Of a stretch of 64,000 nt of DNA, positions 37,473-50,402 are shown one piece after another. Below the pieces are notes generated by a model. That model searched no databases. It had not been told where the DNA came from and was given only the letters and a program-made list of their open reading frames with translations. The stretch is taken from assembly GCA_022813865.1 (NCBI GenBank), contig JALDZX010000003.1, forward strand, positions 1 through 64,000. The letters are read 5' to 3'. Source of the DNA: Xylographa opegraphella. Its lineage: Eukaryota. The position numbers were made by a program, and so were the translations under genes. Positions within the stretch are counted from its first letter, which is position 1. The number at the start of each line of letters is the position of its first letter.

Positions 37473-38567
37473 TCAATTTTCATGTACCTCGTCCACGCCA
37501 TCATCGTCTTCGGAGTCTCCTTGTGACACTGCTGAAGGGCTTGTCCTTGCTACTGAGGTGCCTCCGCTTCGTCTTTGAGGTTTCCTGGTGGCTGTCACAG
37601 CTCTTTCTCCGACGAAGTCATTACCCGTCCAGTCCGACTTGCACAAAGGGCATTTTGTTGACTTCTGCACCCGGAAGAAATTCTGGGTACAGATGTCGTG
37701 TAATCGGCATTGACAGCTCCGCTTCGAACAACGTTGTCCCTGAGGGGATCGTTAGTTCGTAACGCACCATATTTTTTAGGAGCTTACAGTTGTAATAATC
37801 TCTTTACAAGCATAACAGAGCTTGATTTTCAGCGTTCTAGGACCGTCTTCCTCCCCATCCTCGTCACCCGGATCATTGTATGTCTCCATGAGCCAACCAC
37901 GCAACTCCATCAATGCTCTTGGGCTCAAGCTGTAGTAGCCCTTCCGGCTCCTTTCAAACCATCCTTCATCTACCAACGTGCTCAGCATCTTCTCCGCTTC
38001 CTTCCCTGTGATGCCCTGTCCTCCAATTCCCTGCGTGGCTGAGCCATTCTGTGATTCTCTACGATCTGCGGCCAGAGGTCTGTTTAGCCGTACAGCATCC
38101 ATAGATGTGAGCGCCATGATCTCACGACGAGGTGTATTATACGTTTCGAACATGGCATCCAAAAGACGCTTCAAGTAGCTGATCTCATCAGCTGAATGAG
38201 TGGTTGCTAGCTGGCTTATGGGGTCACTCGTAGAGTTCACCAAGGCGTAAACTTGAGCTCTAGTAGTTTGGTGATAGGAACTGCGTATTTCGAAGTCATA
38301 TAATGATATAGCATTGTTAGCGGCGGTAATATATGAGTTGAAGTCGGCTTCGGTCACGTCTTCTGGAAGGGTTTCGCGCTTCTCTGGGAGGAATCAGTCA
38401 GTGATCAAGTATCAGATTCGTAGTAGGCGCCGAGTGTCACCGTGCGCTGAGAATATGGCAGCAAGAATTGGCTTTGCTTCGTCGTAGGTAAGGACTGATC
38501 GGGCGAGAAAGGCTTGTAAGAAAGCCCGATTTGTATTATTGTATACTTCATCCTCATCATCCGCCAT
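37473..38567 (-). CDS. NSE1: Smc5/6 complex non-SMC subunit Nse1 (RING-like)
   Basis: YNNTNRAFLQAFLAR, YALVNSTSDPISQLAT, EGWFERS..GYYSLSPRALMEL..WL, CYACKEIIT, C..RLH..C, CPLCKSDW. Introns at about 38385-38440 and 37721-37787. Confidence 0.9.
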
Positions 38568-38650
38568 GGCAAGTATCAGTGAGGGGTGCGGTCAATGGCC
38601 ACAAAACTGGGTGGATTCTACTTGCTAAAGCTAGGAAGTATGCAAGTGAG

Positions 38651-38673
38651 GCGCGTGGATGGAGTCGACGCGT
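38651..38673. promoter_or_regulatory. MCB-like elements (GCGCGT, ACGCGT) upstream of NSE1
   Basis: ACGCGT at 38668-38673, about 100 nt upstream of the NSE1 ATG. Confidence 0.45.
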
Positions 38674-39169
38674 TTGCACTTCCGTAATTTTGGGACTAGT
38701 GTCTGAACCCTAAGACTGATACCCAACGAGCCACCCTTCCGACGAACCTTTTTGCTCTCTTATGGTTGTTTTATCTAGCGTCGAGGACGAATATAAATAT
38801 GGTAATTATCTATACAAAACGAAGTGGTCCACCATTTGTCGTTTCGGTACACTCGACGCTCCCCAACGTCCCTAAGTGCCTTTCGGCTTCTTCTATGTCA
38901 ACCTCAACCTTCGACAGTGCTTTCATCACTTCATGCAGCACGGCTCGAAATGGCTTTTGCATGTCTCTTCGCAAAATGGTAATACCGTTGTGTATTGGAA
39001 TGGGTTGTTTACAGCAACACTTCATGGGCGCAAGCAGGCCCAGGCTTAGAGCCGGGGAATTGATCGATTTCAACTCCTATGGTGACAGTCGGTGAAAGTC
39101 GGTACCAACTACCATGATCCCGGGAACCCCTACCATGGCAATTATTAGCGTCAGTGAGGAAGAAGCCGC

Positions 39170-40183
39170 TTATTCGTCCATCTGCCATGCGTAATCCAGG
39201 TCCTTCAGATTCTTTCTCTTGTTTTGAGCCGCGAAGTACTCCTTTTCGAATCCGTTTCCTCTATCCACCCCATCCCATCTATAGCCAGGTCGAATACCAT
39301 AGCGATTTGGCATGGCCGGTCCAGTATATAATGGCTTCCCCGTCACGCTCTTGCCCTGCTTCTTTTTACTCAGAAATTGGGCCGCAGGATCGTTCCATCT
39401 GTCCCTCTCCTTCAACTCATCGTTCAGATCCTCGTCGTCAGCATAGCGCGCCACAGGCAGGAACTTCGCCTCCGCTAGTTCTTCTTTCCGCTTTGCCAAC
39501 TGTACTCGTTGTACATCTCCTTTCTGGGCCTCCAGTTCTGCAGCGGCTTTAGCGGCTTCCTCTTCGGCTTTCTTACGTGCCTCCGCCCTTTTCATGGCCA
39601 GATTGATAATACGACCGCTTGCATCCCGGTAGATGGTCTCTTGACCCTTTCCGTTCTCCTCCGCCCCGCCTTCGGTGAATCGTCGTCGTTCCAAATCTTT
39701 CGCGCGTTTGATCTGTGCGGCGACCTGAGCTCCGGATTGTAGCCCAGCTTGAATACCGGATTCATTCTTCAAGTCAGAGTCATCGATCGTGGGGGCATCA
39801 TCCTCTGCAAGCACTCGAGCGGACGATTCTGCAGCGACGGAGGCTAAAATGGCATCTGCAGCTGCTTGATCGGTGGATGTGGATGCTGCGCCGATTGTCT
39901 GCCATTTACTACTTTTGGCCTTGCGGAATTCCGCAGAGCTGCCGCCGACTATGGTAGAGTCAGCAACATCTGTAAAACCACGTTACGGACACAAGTTGTT
40001 CGCACCTGTCACAGGTCCATCGTCTTCTTCTTTCGCTGCCGTAGTCGAGCTCCACCCAAGAGGATCATCATCGGCAATTATGAGACCATCGAAGCCGCCA
40101 ATCCGCTTGCGTTTCTTGGACTTTTTCTCGGGCTTTGAGTCCGCAGTAAGATAGTTCTTGGCCAAGTAATCTGCCAATGACAT
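39170..40183 (-). CDS. BUD13: Pre-mRNA splicing RES-complex factor Bud13/Cwc26
   Basis: [57 protein letters not shown]. Contains introns. Confidence 0.93.
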
Positions 40184-40301
40184 ATTGTTGTAACCAAGGT
40201 TGGCGTCTCTAAAGCAATTCTCGCATAGAACGTGGATGGCGGAGCTTAGGAATTCCGGCGCTAGTCAGGATGAAATAGAAGCAAGCCAGGATTCTCAGGC
40301 A

Positions 40302-40315
40302 ACGCGTTCGCGCGT
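40302..40315. promoter_or_regulatory. MCB-like elements in the BUD13/ATL1 bidirectional promoter
   Basis: aACGCGTtcGCGCGT about 70 nt upstream of the ATL1 ATG. Confidence 0.45.
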
Positions 40316-40380
40316 GTGGATATGGTCTTCAAGATTGAGTCACCATCAACTACGGGCAAGTAGGCGGCCGACTCAACGCA

Positions 40381-40947
40381 ATGCCACGTTCCGATGAAGC
40401 TGAATGGTGGTTCAATGCCGTGTACGAAGCAGTACAGGAGATTCCTCATGGCCGGGTCACAAGCTATGGACATATCGCTCGACTACTGGGACGACGTGAG
40501 TCTATTGCCAACCAGATTATCACACGCTCGGCCATTTTTTGAAAGTGGCAAGCAGCGCGAGGCTGACTGGGCGCGTCCCATATTAGCACAGTGGCCCCGT
40601 CAAACTGGAATGGCATTGAAGTATCTCCCCGCCTATTCGACCAGTACCGACCACTACTTTCACAGCAATAATGTTCCGTGGCAGCGAGTGATCAATTCAA
40701 AAGGAGTTATTTCGCCAAGGTCAGTAAACTCCGGTCTAGCTGGCACCCTTACAAGGAAGACTTAGTCCGTTGCAGAGGTCCTGGGGGTGCCGCGGCGCAG
40801 GCTGCTGCACTACGCAGGGAAGGGGTGGTCGTCAATACCGGTCATCTGGGAGAACTCACGATTGACTTGGGAAGCTTCGGCTGGTTTCCAGACCGACTTC
40901 CAAGCGAGGAAGCACTGGGAAGCGGATCAGATCTTGAGGAGGACTGA
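40381..40947 (+). CDS. ATL1: Alkyltransferase-like protein (MGMT-family DNA-binding domain, catalytically inactive)
   Basis: MPRSDEAEWWFNAVYEAVQEIPHGRVTSYGHIARLLG, intron, RQTGMALKYLP...VPWQRVINSKGVISPR, intron, QAAALRREGV. PWQR replaces the catalytic PCHR motif. Confidence 0.85.
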
Positions 40948-42014
40948 ATTTGATGGCGGTATGCCCGCGTCATGATTTAGGATAAGATACTGTGGACCAG
41001 ATGGCTTTTCATCTCAGCGGGATGGTATCAGACTGAGCACATAGCTGTGAGGAGACCGCCCATAACACATGTGCATCAATCAATGGGACGACACAACAAC
41101 CAAGCTCTCACCCTTTCCGTGCAGCTCTGTCTGTTTCATTACTTGATACGATAGTATTATTTACTCTCTGGGGACCTTCCTCCTTCCGACCATCGGAAAA
41201 TAGTATAGGTAGCTTTCAGATGAGGAGATGAGGTCAGCCAGCAATAATGTGAAGCGACGGCCACAGGGCTTAGCTGGCTTCGTGCTTTGGTGAACGCAAC
41301 GGACGAATCGGACGCGCACGAGCAGGTTTCACTCGCTCCGCCACCTTCAACGGATTAATGACTCTGCTATCACACACTCAGCCCACCGCCGTCGCAGACC
41401 GCACGCTGCCTCCCATATCATGTGTTCCTCCAGCATGACGCACCCAAGCGCCCAGCCACGACGGCTTCAAACGGAGGTGCCTTGCTTATCGCCCCCGCTT
41501 TCATGGCAACTGCCCCCCATCCGCCCCCCGGAACTGATATCAGCGGCATAAAGCTTTCCTGATAGAGACCTTAGTCTAATCATAGCGGTGCTTGGACATG
41601 GCTCCCTGTGATCGAGTCATAGCTCAGCTCCTTGTATCGTGAATGAGACTCCTGCCTAGAGGTATCTCCTTTCCGACACTCTTTCCTCCTGCATACCCTC
41701 CTTCCTGGGTACCCTTCGCAGCTTTGCGCGTCTGTTTCCTAGCCGTCGTGGTCCTTCCGCTCCACTCTCGTGACTCGGAATCCCGTCAACAAAGCCCGTC
41801 CTTCTTTGTCCTTCTTAGTCACATCCACCATTCCACGTGTCTCTGACATCGACTCACTGTGTCATTCTCCTGTCCTTCATATCTATCGAGCATTTACATC
41901 TTCTTCCTACACTAACCGCCAGAGACTCTCACACTTCCGACCTCCACTTTCTCTCCTTTGTCCAACCGGCAAAGTTCTCCCATCCGAGCAGCCATCCTTG
42001 CCCTTCTGCCTACG

Positions 42015-42568
42015 ATGTCAGTCGCTACGCTAGACGGTACCAAGCTGGAGCAGGATTACAAACGTGACTTGGACCAGAAGCACAAGTGGGCTCTGGGCGA
42101 GATGGACGGCTTTCGTGGCTATCCAGGCAAAGTACGTCCTGTGAAGCCCGTCACACAGAAGTAGGTTGACAATCAACGCTCCCTGATTCAAGAAACACCA
42201 CTAAATTGCTTCTCACTCACAGAGTAAGGCGCGCGATACAACGATCAGCATGGAGCTCGAATGTCTCTCGCAAGCACTCTGCGATTGCCACCGACAACAA
42301 CCCCTCGGATTCCTCTGCTGAGGAGGACGTCAAGGAAGCTTCGGCTGCTCCAGTTCCTGATGCCGGAATAGCATACTCCTTCGACGCCCCTCGAGGTCCT
42401 GGCCAGGGCAGTGAAATCTTGACCTTGGCCATTAACAAAGCGGTTGAGCGCTTTGAGACCAAGGCCACCGAGAAGCTTGTCAAGGATGAATACGAGGTGG
42501 TGGCCAAGGAGGCCGAGCCAGTTCACTCGGGCTATGCTGCAGACGATGATGACTTCGAGCTGATTTAA
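42015..42568 (+). CDS. Small fungal hypothetical protein
   Basis: ATG at 42015 and intron at about 42132-42222. Motifs SFDAPRGPGQGSEIL, AVERFETKATEKLVKDEYEV, C-terminal DDDFELI. Confidence 0.7.
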
Positions 42569-43115
42569 TACATGCCTAGAATTGATTTCGATACCTTGCT
42601 GCATCATCTTACAGGGGTCGGAGTGGCGGGTGTCTGCTCTACTGGACGCGCTGCGGATCATTATCATAGGCGTTATAAGAGGTGTTCGAGAGAGAGAGGT
42701 ACTGGCTTTGGGGTCGAGCTATCATTTGACATACACTGTTCCAGACTGCAGTATAATCACAGTCTTTCTTCCCTGCTAAGTTATACCTTATCAGACCACT
42801 GTAGTATAATTACAGATAGTACACTTTCTCGCATTTGAACCGCTCTTTCATGCCCGTAGCGTAACAACAATACTTCAGTACCGGCGTCCCAATCAGATCC
42901 GTACATCAAGGAATAAATCATGACTAGAATGGCGGTGTCTCTCGTGAAGGTAGCGAAATATTGTGATCAGAGCAAAGGATCATGTCCGGATTAGGACAAG
43001 CTTACCCGGCCGATGAATAGCGCCTGTCATTTGTTTACTTTGGAATGTTCTCAGCCTGCAGAATCTGCTGTCCGGCAATGATAGGAATCCTGCCATAAGT
43101 TTATGACGTTATAAC

Positions 43116-44478
43116 ATGGCCAATCGCTTTGTCGCAACTCCTATGGAATTTGAATATGACAACAAGACCGGTCTTGTTGATAGCGATTCGGCATGGTTGA
43201 AATCGTTGACACCACAGAAGCAAGCAGGTTTCAGGACTCCAACATGTACACCCCTATAGGATGGAGTTCACCATCGAACAGTACTGATTTTTCCAGTCAA
43301 CCCTTCTTTCGGTCTCCAGAAACAACCATCGCCTACCCGTGTCCTCGCGAACCCGAACCCTCAAACTCCTGTTTACAAGCAGCCACCACGGATGGCTTTC
43401 CATGGAATTAGGGACACACCTACTCAAGACTTTTCTTCCGGCCCTGAGAACCAATCGTCTCCAGAGAATGCGGATAATGAAGACACCCCAGAACCTTTGA
43501 AGATCGCCAGTAAGCTACAGATCAACGACAACGTAACGGTAGTCCGGCCGCGCAAGACTCCAGGCAAACGTCGTTCCTTCTTCGATTCTTTTAACTTAGC
43601 ACGATTAAGTCCTGCAAGGTCAGGACTCCGTAAAAGGCAAGACAAGGACGCCCTAGCTAGAAGAGGGTACAAAAGAAAGCGACAGGAGAACGATACCGAG
43701 AATCGTATTGAGCGCCGTCGGCCGAGTGACGAATCGGGTTCAGACACCAAGTCGGGACGAGATCATTCTGTGAAACCGGTGCCACAAGAAGCCTTCATGA
43801 TTACACTTCTACACACCGTGATGAAATATCCTACCCTCCCCTTTCAGCTGCTGACCTACGCCCAGCTGCTGTTTAACATGTTTATCCTTTTTCTTGTTGC
43901 GTGGATCATATGGACTTTCTATCTTGTTATTAGACAGGACTTGAACATGAAGGCTGAGCATGAAATTCTAATGGCCATGTCGGAAGTGACATTATGCTCG
44001 TCTCATTTTCACAACAATAAATGCGACATGGGGAACAGAGTACCCGCAATGGAGTCCCTATGTCATGACTGGGCACACTGTATGGCCAGAGATCCAGGGG
44101 CAATCGGAAGGGCAAAGATTGGTGCCAACGCTTTTGGAGAGATATACAGCAGTCTTATTGATCCAATTTCAAACAAAGCCTTGGTACTTGAGATCCTCCA
44201 GCGGCGTCATGTAGAGGCTAACATGTTCATAATAGGTCTTAACCCTGACCGTTATCACTCTCGTATGGGTCATCCCAAATATCGCATTTGTTGTAGCCAA
44301 ATTCAAAATACCTGACGCCACTTCCGAGCCGGCACATGATCAAGGCCCATTTCAGCATGACCAAGTTAGACATAATTCAAACTCGGGATTCATGTTACGA
44401 TCGGAGAACTACAGTAAGGATTTGGTCCCGCTGAACCGAAACGGGTCGCGAAGTCCTTCGAAGAATCACGATTATTGA
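43116..44478 (+). CDS. BRL1: Nuclear envelope protein Brl1/Brr6 family
   Basis: N-terminal PMEFEY, TM YAQLLFN..., four-Cys luminal motif C...NNKC...RVPAMESLC..W..CMARDP..IGRAK, and a second TM after the intron at about 44184-44234. Confidence 0.82.
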
Positions 44479-45027
44479 TAAGACGACAATCGCGAGTTTG
44501 GACAAAAGGGGGGTGTATTTACCGTTTCTTTCCAGTTCGGCGTTATCTGTGTGGCGGGATGAAGGACATCTGGGCGGAGACTGAATAGGGTGTGGAGTTG
44601 GGAGCAAAGCCGGTGGCAGGACAAATTCGTGGACGACGGGTTGACAGGTACGAACTACTGGGACGTACGCCGTGGATTTCAGCTGTACAGCCTATGGCCA
44701 TGTGTTGGGTATATACAGATGGGCGAACTGATCGGGCGATGTTGATACATGATGGCGCAGATTGTTGCGTAGATCTCCGAACCAGACTCTTCAGACCCAT
44801 AGTACCTAACTGAAGTTCCTCGCGAGCACGTTACACAAATACCGAGGTTATCAAACAAGGCCTTCCATTCCGCACCTGCTATTTCCTCACCTCCCACCAG
44901 CTCATCACGTTCCATTCCATTTGACCAACAACCTCCCCCATCCCCTATAACCCCTACCTTGCAAATCACCCATCCCCCCCCCACCGATTTCTCACAGCAC
45001 CTTACCACATCCCCATCCCCAACCACC

Positions 45028-46011
45028 ATGCCGCCCCCCCTCCGCCCCCTCCGCCTGGCCCCCCTCCCCCGCAGCATCGTCCCCGTCCTCGTACCCAACA
45101 CCCCCCTCGCCGAGCTCGAGCCCCTGCTCACCGCCCACGGCGGCCGGTGGACCCTGTCCGCGGACGGGAAGGGCCTGGAGCGGAATGTCAGGTTTGGGAC
45201 GTTTGGTCGGGCGAGGGTAGGTTTTCTTTCTGAAAGATGTTTACGGGAGGGGGGGTTTTGGGAGAGTGTGGGCTGACATGGGGGTGGTTGTGTAGGGTTT
45301 TATCGAGGCTGTGTGTCAGGCGGCGGCGGAGAGGAGGCATCATCCTGAGTGGGCGAATGTAGGTTTTTGGGATTTTCTTCTCTATGTTGGGAGAGAAGGG
45401 AGGGGGGGAGGATATTGTTTTGTTTTTCGTGGTATGGGGGTGGAGATTGGGAGGAGGGGGGAGGGAGATCCTGTGTTGCGGCTTGGGTGCTGTTCTTCAA
45501 GCGTGATTGATTTCCCTTCAGTTGCTGAGCTTTTTCATTCCCCCTCCCTCGTTCGCTCTACCGCTCTACCGCTCTACACCTACTTCTCCCCAATGACAAG
45601 CAAGCGCTCTGCCAACTTATTTCCTTCTCCTTCTCTCTGCCACACACAATATCACCAAAAGCACACCCCCTATCCCTCCACCAGAAAAAAATCTCCACTT
45701 GTGGCATGTCACTGACACACCCCCCCCCCTCTGGCGCGCAGGTCTACAACAAAACCTTCATCCGCCTCACCACCCACCGGGACAGAGCGTCCGGCCAGAG
45801 CGGCATCTCCGCCCAAGACCTCGCTTTCGCGCGCTTCTGCGACGGTGCGATCGGTGACGATGACGTCTCGGCCGATGCGGTGGCGGGGAGCAGTTGGGGG
45901 ACTGAGTTGACGGCCCGGGTGGCGGAGGAGGGGAGGGAGGGGGTGGGTGGTGAGGGGTTTTGTGCGGCGGTGGGAGTTATGGGACGAGCCTGGGGAGGAA
46001 GGGTTTTGTGA
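45028..46011 (+). CDS. Pterin-4-alpha-carbinolamine dehydratase family protein
   Basis: WTLSADGKGLERNVRFGTF, HHPEWAN/VYNKTFIRLTTH, GISAQDLAFARFCD. Introns at about 45217-45295 and 45359-45741. Confidence 0.82.
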
Positions 46012-46557
46012 TATGGTGGTTGGGTCGATGAAGCTTGGAGACACACTCAACTTGTCTTTCTGGCGTGGGCGGCGTGCACGGGGGCGGGGCGTGAGTGTAG
46101 GAGAAAGTCTCATTGTATCTGTGGCAGCAGCCGCATAGGACACGAGAAGTGATGGTAGATCGGTGCGTATTCCGTATGGAAGAGGGAGGCGTTATCCAGC
46201 TATCGTACGCACTTCGTACGACTATCGAGGACGTTTCGCAAGACACCACGGAAGATCTTTGGCGTTAGAAATCGACATTCTGTTTACCTGAGGTGAAATT
46301 AGCAGCCACAAGACAATCACTGTGCACGGCATAATTGCATCCTGAGTTTTCAAAAAAAATCTATTGAATATATCTATACCCGCAATCGTTCCGCTCAAGT
46401 CGTCTATCGTCTATCGAAGCAACAGCCTTTCCACCGCAATGGATGGACAGGCCGCATATGTACCCTAGCTCTCTATGTACAATGTGAGCGAGGAGCACCA
46501 TGTCTCATCGCTGCGTCGACAATGTCGTCCATTCACGTGCAAAATCTGCTTGTGATC

Positions 46558-47620
46558 CTACTGGATCTTCTTTCCCTCCTTGAGCATGCGGCGTTCTCTT
46601 CTCCGCTTCTGCGCTTCGAAACCCGATTCGGTGTCCATGAGCTTGTCCCACCATCTGAAACTACTTGAGTAGTTACCAATGAACTTTTCATGGTGGACGT
46701 CATGATGTTGGGCACCAGCCCAGACAGGTATAAAGTGGTGCAAGCTCCAAGGAAATTCATAACCGCTGTGTGCATCGATAGCTTGGAAGAGGCGGAGTAC
46801 AATCCAAGTATACATGGTCAGAATGTGAAGATTTCCTGTGAGAGCACACCACAGAATCGGCGTTCCGACCGTTGGAATACCTAGAAGCATGACTTCTATG
46901 GGTGAAGCGTATTCAGCGGCCAACCCGAAAGGCGCCGAATACTGGTGATGAATTTTGTGGATATTTTTGTATAAAGGACCCCAATGGAGAGCGCGATGCA
47001 GCCAATAATGTCCAGTATCCTCGATTACGAAGAAGACGGCGATTTGTAAAGCCATTGTGAGCAGTGACGGGAATGGGACGCCCGTGTCGAGCCCAAAGTA
47101 TAGACACATAGGATGGAATAACCTAACACATGTTAATATGAAGTAAAAATTAAGGACCAGGGAGTGAGTACCATATCTGCGGTAACTCGACAGTGAAATG
47201 TGAAAGGAGGACGAGCTTGGCGCATTTCCATTGTTCTTGGGCAGTGGGCACTTTTTGCTTTACGATAGTCAGCGCCGGTGTCTTAAAAACAAAGATAACT
47301 TGACGGGCAACTGACATTCTGGATCTTGTACTTTTGGAAGTAGGGTATGCGACCGATGATAATCCACGGAAGCGACCGGCCAAAGTATACAACCTCATGC
47401 ATTACGAATGACAGAATGCCCGTAGCAAGCACATCATTCTGCATGTAAGCATACCAAGCGGCCCACATCCGCTCGAGGAAATTGAGGTGCACATTATACT
47501 TGGAGATTTCCTCATATTGACCCCAGTACGTATCCGGCGTAGGGCCGAAGAGAGAAGAAGTAGAGTTCCTGTTGTGTGATAAGCATGGGCTTCGATAGGC
47601 ATTTGGAAAACATCTTACAT
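46558..47620 (-). CDS. ERG25: C-4 methylsterol oxidase
   Basis: His boxes HYWLH, HKIHH and HHDVHH, plus [22 protein letters not shown] and [22 protein letters not shown]. Three introns. Confidence 0.95.
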
Positions 47621-48211
47621 GCTGCTCAACCACCTCGAACAGAAGTAGATGACTGGACAGGGAAGGGGCGTAGGTTGTTGAAAATACAAATCAATGATCC
47701 GGGCAAAGAAACACCTCTCTGGCGTTTGACCTTGCCGAGCAATCTAGCCGGGCGGCAAAGGAACAGACCACCCAGGAAGGCCATCTTCCGAGAGTGCGCT
47801 AAGACTGATTCGGAGCAGGAGAAAGCTCTGTCACGTGATGCTGCAGAACCTTACCCCCGATATATGCAAAATGCATGCAAGTGTTTGACCACGTCTACCA
47901 TAAGATAAGGTAAGCATTTTGAGTCTTATCTTGCCTAATCCTCTGCAAGACTATCGGAAATTTTGCAGAGCTGATGTGGAAGGTAGGCGGAAACAGGTAG
48001 TATCTATAGTATGTATCTGCTTTGGCTACGTCATCCGGTAGCTACCAGTTTGTCGTTCGGCTAAGGAATCGTAAACATCAAGTTTGATGCCAAGGATCTT
48101 CTTCACCACTGTAGCTTCCAATGATTGCTTGGTACTCCTGATTCGTAGAGAGATAATGTGGGTGTGTCAAGATCGTGGTGATTGAAGGCGCGCCCTTCTC
48201 ACGAATCCATC

Positions 48212-50402
48212 ATGTCTTTTGTTGTGGAGTAGGTGCACTTGAAGATCAAACATCGTTGATAGTCGACTGACGCGTAATCAGCCAGGTCAGACGTATTGAC
48301 GCGCAACTTGATCGATTTCAACTCTCATCCTCAGTCACCGCTCCTGCTTCGCCCCTTCTACGCTCCGCTTCCAAGGCTTCCCACGCTGTCCAGAGCGACG
48401 AAAATCAAGCTCGATCTTTAGCACGTATTACCGAGCTTCAGAACATCATCAAATCCTTGTCAACAGCCTCTTCATCCCAGCCTCTTCTCAGATCAACCCA
48501 GTTGGAGCGGCTTATTGAGCAGGGGGCTTTGTCTAGGGGAACATCGATAGAAAATTATGAAGATGAAGGGGTAGCCTACAAGCGAGCGCTGGAGTGGCTG
48601 CTCGTCAGCAAGGCCACAGCACAAACTTACGGCATTATCTTGAATACTCTGCTGGAACAGACAATTCCACTGAGCGATGATATATGGTACTGGGATGAAG
48701 TGCTTGGTTCCTACGCATACTCTGGTCTCTACACTATTCAGACGTCGCCAAGGCGCTTCTGGAATTGGTCCAAAGATGTTTATGGAGACGCTCGCTCGCG
48801 ACTCGACTCTCTGCGGACGAACAGCGTTGAAGAAAGACCAAATAGTAATTCAATGTCTGATAATTGGCGACAGTTCTATGGGCTTGTGAAGGATAGCATC
48901 CGCGATCGGACGATAGCGGATATGCGTTTAAATGTACTGTCTCCTTTATCGCTGAGTCGAGCCGAGGTGAGGCACAAACAGAAGCATCTCAAAAGGTTAC
49001 GCGAATTGAGTGCGAGTGGACTTGGCGTACTTATGGACGAGGCTCTGACATTCGACCCGGAGGAAGAGGATTCAATGACAATCAAAGACCGCACTGATAA
49101 CTCCGATAAAGAGGAATGGAAGAATATTGTCGCAAAAAGTGTAGCGCTAATGGAAACTGTCCTACGAAACGTGACTACATTGGAGACTGGCGTAAACGAG
49201 TTCGAAGATACAGTATTTACGAATGTCGAAGACGATCCCGAGTTAGTTCGTTCGGAGGAAGAAACTTCTTCAAGACCAGCGATTTTGGCCGCCAAGCTTC
49301 AGCAGATTTTGGCAGTGCATCTACCCGGCCACGTCACTGCTACTGGGAACCTATCGAGACAGTATGGGAGACCATCTCTCCTAACGCGTTACTGGTTTCC
49401 AGCAACGGTCCTACTTCTTTCGTCGAGTACATTACTCCGGATATTTTTCAATCGCAGAGCCGAGATAGTGACCTGGGTCCAAGAGCTTGGTGCTACGACC
49501 AAAGACTTTTGGTATAACTGGGTTATGCAACCGATCAAGAAGATCGTCGGCACTATTCGGCATGACAAAGATAGCGAAATTGCAATCATGAGCAAACAAA
49601 GCTTACAAGGGGACCGTGCCAGCCTGGAGAGAATGGTCGTCGACTTCGCAAGGGACGACTCTTCCAGTTCTGAAGGGCACTCACTTGGCGAAGCGGAGAT
49701 CGCAGAACTTCGTGCAAAGGTCCGGGAGGGTGACTTGACTCCCGTCCTCAGAGCTTATGAGAGAGACCTTCGAAAGCCTTTCTGGGGCACGGTGAGAGGC
49801 GATCTTATCCGAGCGTTATTGATCCAGATCCAGAAGACGAAGGTCGATGTTGAGGTGGCGATTGGAGGAATCGATTCACTGCTCAAAAGTCAAGAACTTG
49901 TTTTTGGGTAAGTCATGTTCTCTCTATGTGAAAAGGGTGCATTTAACTGGAGATAGCTTCGTCGGCCTAACTCCAGGTATTCTTGTCTGCCTCGGTACAT
50001 TTCGGTGGCTTAGCGGTACCCTTGGTGGTCGGAAGGGCAAGTCGAAAGGCAAGAGGCAAGGCCGGATGATTCGAGTATTAAGGTCAGTTTTGTCGAATAT
50101 CCGGATATCCTCGCCTCTCCGGAGCAATATACAGCTTGCCTAATTCGTCCTTCAGAAACATCGATAGAATTCTCACGGCCGCGACTCCTTCCAACAACGG
50201 CATGCTCTCATATAAAGAACACGGGCTACTCCTCTGCGAAGTCCATGTATTGCGTCAAAATGGGCAGCAAGTCTTTCCGGGGGAAATCAATCGCGAATTC
50301 CTTGAGGAGATCAACGACCTTGTGGACTTTCGGACCGGAGTCGAGCGACAGCTACGAGTAGCGGAGAGGATTCGATGGGCGTATTCGAAATGGCTATATT
50401 GA
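48212..50402 (+). CDS. NCA2: Nuclear control of ATPase protein 2 family
   Basis: IWYWDEV, YTIQTSP, RPSLLTRYW, SLERMVVDF, GDLIRALLIQIQKTKVDVE, IDSLLKSQELVFG/FVGLTP. Introns near 48229-48281, 49908-49956 and 50083-50155. Confidence 0.88.

Noticed and set aside
38810..39073. 87-aa minus-strand ORF between NSE1 and BUD13
   Set aside because: Non-ATG start, no recognisable motif, and it lies in the probable BUD13 3' region.
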